Part shown: positions 10,881 to 12,955 of the stretch, piece after piece
Numbering within the stretch: position 1 is the stretch's first letter
How the letters are laid out: each line of letters begins with the position of its first letter
Virus record (IMG/VR): IMGVR_UViG_3300027746_001082
Length of the DNA stretch: 12,955 nt
From: a virus
Direction: 5' to 3' (one strand)
Notes under the pieces: model-generated
What the model was told of the DNA's origin: nothing
The model's database searches: none
The model's input: the letters and a program-made list of their open reading frames with translations, nothing else
Program-made: the position numbers and the translations under genes

Positions 10881-12791
10881 ATGAGTATGATAGGCGTAGA
10901 TTATGGAGTACTGAATCAAAAAGGCAGTCCGTCTTGGTTTAGTGATATATATGCCAATATACCTACGGCTGGTTATAAAGGTCGTATGTTTATATCTATT
11001 GATACATACGCATTTTATAGAGATACTGGTACGGGCTGGGATTTAATTGGTGGCCCTGGTACTGGAACTTTAACTGGTAGTGGTGTAAGCGGGCAAGTAT
11101 CTTTTTTTAATGGTACCCAAACAATTACTGGAAACAATAACTTATTTTGGGATAATACTAATAACAGATTAGGAATTAATACAGCAACGCCAGGACAAGC
11201 CTTAGATATACATTCAACTGCAAATACTTTAGTACAATTAAATAATACGACTACTGGAGATAGTGTTATTGCTTTTCAAAATCAAAATGTAACTAAGTGG
11301 AAAATTGGAAATGTTTACAATGCTGGTGCTAATAGTTTTAGTATAACTAATCCAATTTTGTCAAGTACGCCATTTACAATTAGTAGTGGTGATGCAATTA
11401 CTTTAAATTCAAATGTTACTACGACTGGTGCACAATTTGTTCAAAATGGGTTATATTTAACAAATGCAAATGCTGGTGCTTTAGCATTTTACACAAATAT
11501 TTGGGGGAGGAATGATGGAATAAATTTTGCTTTAAGAAATTTAACTGGAGGTGCAGGTTTTATTTTTCAAAGTGCAGCTAGTTATGATTATACTTTTCCA
11601 GCAAGTGCTGGTACTTTAGCACTAACAAGCAATTTAAGTAGTTATCTTCCTTTAACTGGTGGAACTTTAACTGGTGCATTAGTTATTAACCCAACTAATA
11701 CTCTTACTATTGGTTTAGATGTAGCTAGTAATACAACAAGATTTAGAAGTGATAATTTAGAGGGTAATAAAAGGCAATTAGAAATTGTAATGGGTAGTGG
11801 TACTTTAGTACAATTAACTGCAAAAGGTTATCTTGCTAATTATGGTACCGATATGGCTTTTTATACTGCCACTACTGGTGGAACAAATGCTAGTCCAGGA
11901 ATATATATAACTGGTACTAATAATAGAGTAGGTATTAAAACTGGAACGCCTAGTTATGATTTAGATGTAACTGGAACTTTTGGTACAAGTGGCTCGGCTA
12001 CTTTTGGTAGTGATGTATTTACATATAATAATGGAGGTATTTTTTTTAGTGGTGGTGGTACTTATACAAGTGGAATATTACAAAACGCAAATGGATTAGC
12101 TTTACAATCAGGAACAGCAGTTAGAATGGTTATAGGCTCAACAGGTAATGTAGGTATTGGTACATCTTCACCAAATTCATTATTAACTGTTAGAGGAACT
12201 CCTAATACTGATTATGGTTCTATTAATGCTTTTGATACTAGAACGGCAGCCATAAATCAAGGGCCATCTATTGCTTTTGGAGGATTTGTTACAGGAACTT
12301 CATCAGGTGCTACATTTGGTTTAATTGGAGCAAAAAAAGAAAATGCTACTGCTGGTGATGAAGCAGGTTACATAACTTTTAATCCGAATAATGGTGGTGG
12401 AGTTTATACTGAAAGAATGCGTATTAGCTCTGCTGGAGTAGTTACAATAACCAATTTAGGAACAGGAACAGTAACTTCAACAAGTGGTGTATTATCTGTT
12501 GTTTCAGATATGAATTTAAAAATTGAAGATGGATATATAGAAAACGCATTAGAAAAGGTAATAAATTTAAAGCCAAGATATTTCTTATGGAAAGATGAAA
12601 GTGGCTTACCTACTAATTTAAGACAATTAGGATTTTATGCTCAAGAAGTTAATGCAGCATTAGGAGAAGAAGTAGCAAATACACCAAGTGAAAATAATAA
12701 TTGGGGAATTCATGATAGAGGTATAATAGCAATGTTAACAAAAGCAATACAAGAATTAAACGAAAAATTAGTAAAAAATAATATAAATTAA
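10881..12791 (+). CDS. Receptor-binding fibre/spike with a C-terminal peptidase S74 intramolecular chaperone (autoproteolytic) domain
   Basis: The C-terminus SDMNLKIEDGYIENALEKVINLKPRYFLWKDESG...RQLGFYAQEVNAALGEEV...GIHDRGIIAMLTKAIQELNEKL matches the endosialidase-chaperone pattern (SD.r.K...l..l.pv.f.......GfiAQEv....p..v......v.y..l.a.l..AiqeL). Upstream fibre hallmarks are LPLTGGTLTGAL and three N.(L/V)GI.T..P...L.(I/V) repeats. Confidence 0.85.
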   Translation: MSMIGVDYGVLNQKGSPSWFSDIYANIPTAGYKGRMFISIDTYAFYRDTGTGWDLIGGPGTGTLTGSGVSGQVSFFNGTQTITGNNNLFWDNTNNRLGINTATPGQALDIHSTANTLVQLNNTTTGDSVIAFQNQNVTKWKIGNVYNAGANSFSITNPILSSTPFTISSGDAITLNSNVTTTGAQFVQNGLYLTNANAGALAFYTNIWGRNDGINFALRNLTGGAGFIFQSAASYDYTFPASAGTLALTSNLSSYLPLTGGTLTGALVINPTNTLTIGLDVASNTTRFRSDNLEGNKRQLEIVMGSGTLVQLTAKGYLANYGTDMAFYTATTGGTNASPGIYITGTNNRVGIKTGTPSYDLDVTGTFGTSGSATFGSDVFTYNNGGIFFSGGGTYTSGILQNANGLALQSGTAVRMVIGSTGNVGIGTSSPNSLLTVRGTPNTDYGSINAFDTRTAAINQGPSIAFGGFVTGTSSGATFGLIGAKKENATAGDEAGYITFNPNNGGGVYTERMRISSAGVVTITNLGTGTVTSTSGVLSVVSDMNLKIEDGYIENALEKVINLKPRYFLWKDESGLPTNLRQLGFYAQEVNAALGEEVANTPSENNNWGIHDRGIIAMLTKAIQELNEKLVKNNIN

Positions 12792-12792
12792 T

Positions 12793-12955
12793 ATGAAACA
12801 AATATTACCAGTATCAATATGGTACAACGGACAAATGGTATCGGCCACTTTATTTAATATGGTATGTACAAATGATAATTTAATAGATAGTGCTACTTTT
12901 TATTATCAATTATATGTAAATGTAAATTTTCAAGTAGCTGACGGAGTATTATCAA
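12793..12955 (+). CDS. 5' part of the junction-spanning 86-aa ORF (continues at base 1)
   Basis: ATG 12793 lies 1 nt after the fibre stop. The frame stays open to the window end and is in phase with 1..225 through the 127-nt duplicate. Confidence 0.6.
   Translation, partial: MKQILPVSIWYNGQMVSATLFNMVCTNDNLIDSATFYYQLYVNVNFQVADGVLS
12829..12955. repeat. Terminal overlap copy B, identical to 1-127
   Basis: Same 127-nt string as bases 1-127. The unit genome length is therefore 12,828 bp. Confidence 0.9.

Noticed and set aside
1-12955. Alternative identities for the element were considered: a phage satellite/PICI-like element, a filamentous (inovirus-like) phage, a plasmid or a microvirus. I also looked for CRISPR arrays and tRNA or rRNA genes.
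   Set aside because: There is no integrase or att-like repeat, and the element has its own lysis genes, fibre and capsid candidates, which argues against a satellite. An endolysin/holin cassette and a large S74 fibre argue against a non-lytic filamentous phage. I see no plasmid partition or mobilisation genes. No ORF approaches microvirus MCP size (over 400 aa), and there is no HUH Rep. I saw no spaced direct repeats and no cloverleaf-capable or rRNA-like segments.

Overview
The window appears to be one complete small phage genome. Bases 1-127 are repeated exactly at 12829-12955, so it closes into a 12,828-bp circle, or a circularly permuted molecule. By eye the DNA is very AT-rich, roughly 30-33% G+C. 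Stops are almost all TAA, and TGA is used as a stop. Leaders are A-rich with no Shine-Dalgarno motifs, which fits a Bacteroidota (Flavobacteriia-like) host. There are two divergent gene blocks. The minus-strand early/replication block (4087 down to 1325) holds small ORFans, one RecA-fold AAA_25/RepA-like P-loop helicase whose 5' end looks frame-disrupted, and a small winged-helix candidate. The plus-strand block runs about 9.7 kb from 4444 across the circle junction to 1285. It encodes many single-pass or tail-anchored membrane proteins, a LEA_2-like protein, a transglutaminase-like Cys-His-Asp protein, a lysine-rich histone-like protein and an Arg-rich N-terminus membrane protein. It also has two adjacent beta-rich capsid candidates, a 636-aa fibre/spike with a C-terminal S74 intramolecular-chaperone domain, and a lysis cassette of two small 2-TM holin-like ORFs plus a membrane-anchored GH24 lysozyme. 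I see no terminase, portal, HK97-size capsid, tail, integrase, polymerase, HUH Rep, tRNA or CRISPR. The best reading is a tail-less, probably internal-membrane-containing phage of an undescribed or poorly described type. Non-coding signals include a 10-nt motif present three times at the 5' ends of minus-strand genes. A roughly 100-nt imperfect palindrome ending in T9 sits in the divergent control region. Two plus-oriented terminators bracket two minus-strand genes. All functional calls rest on motif recognition by eye and need profile or structure searches.
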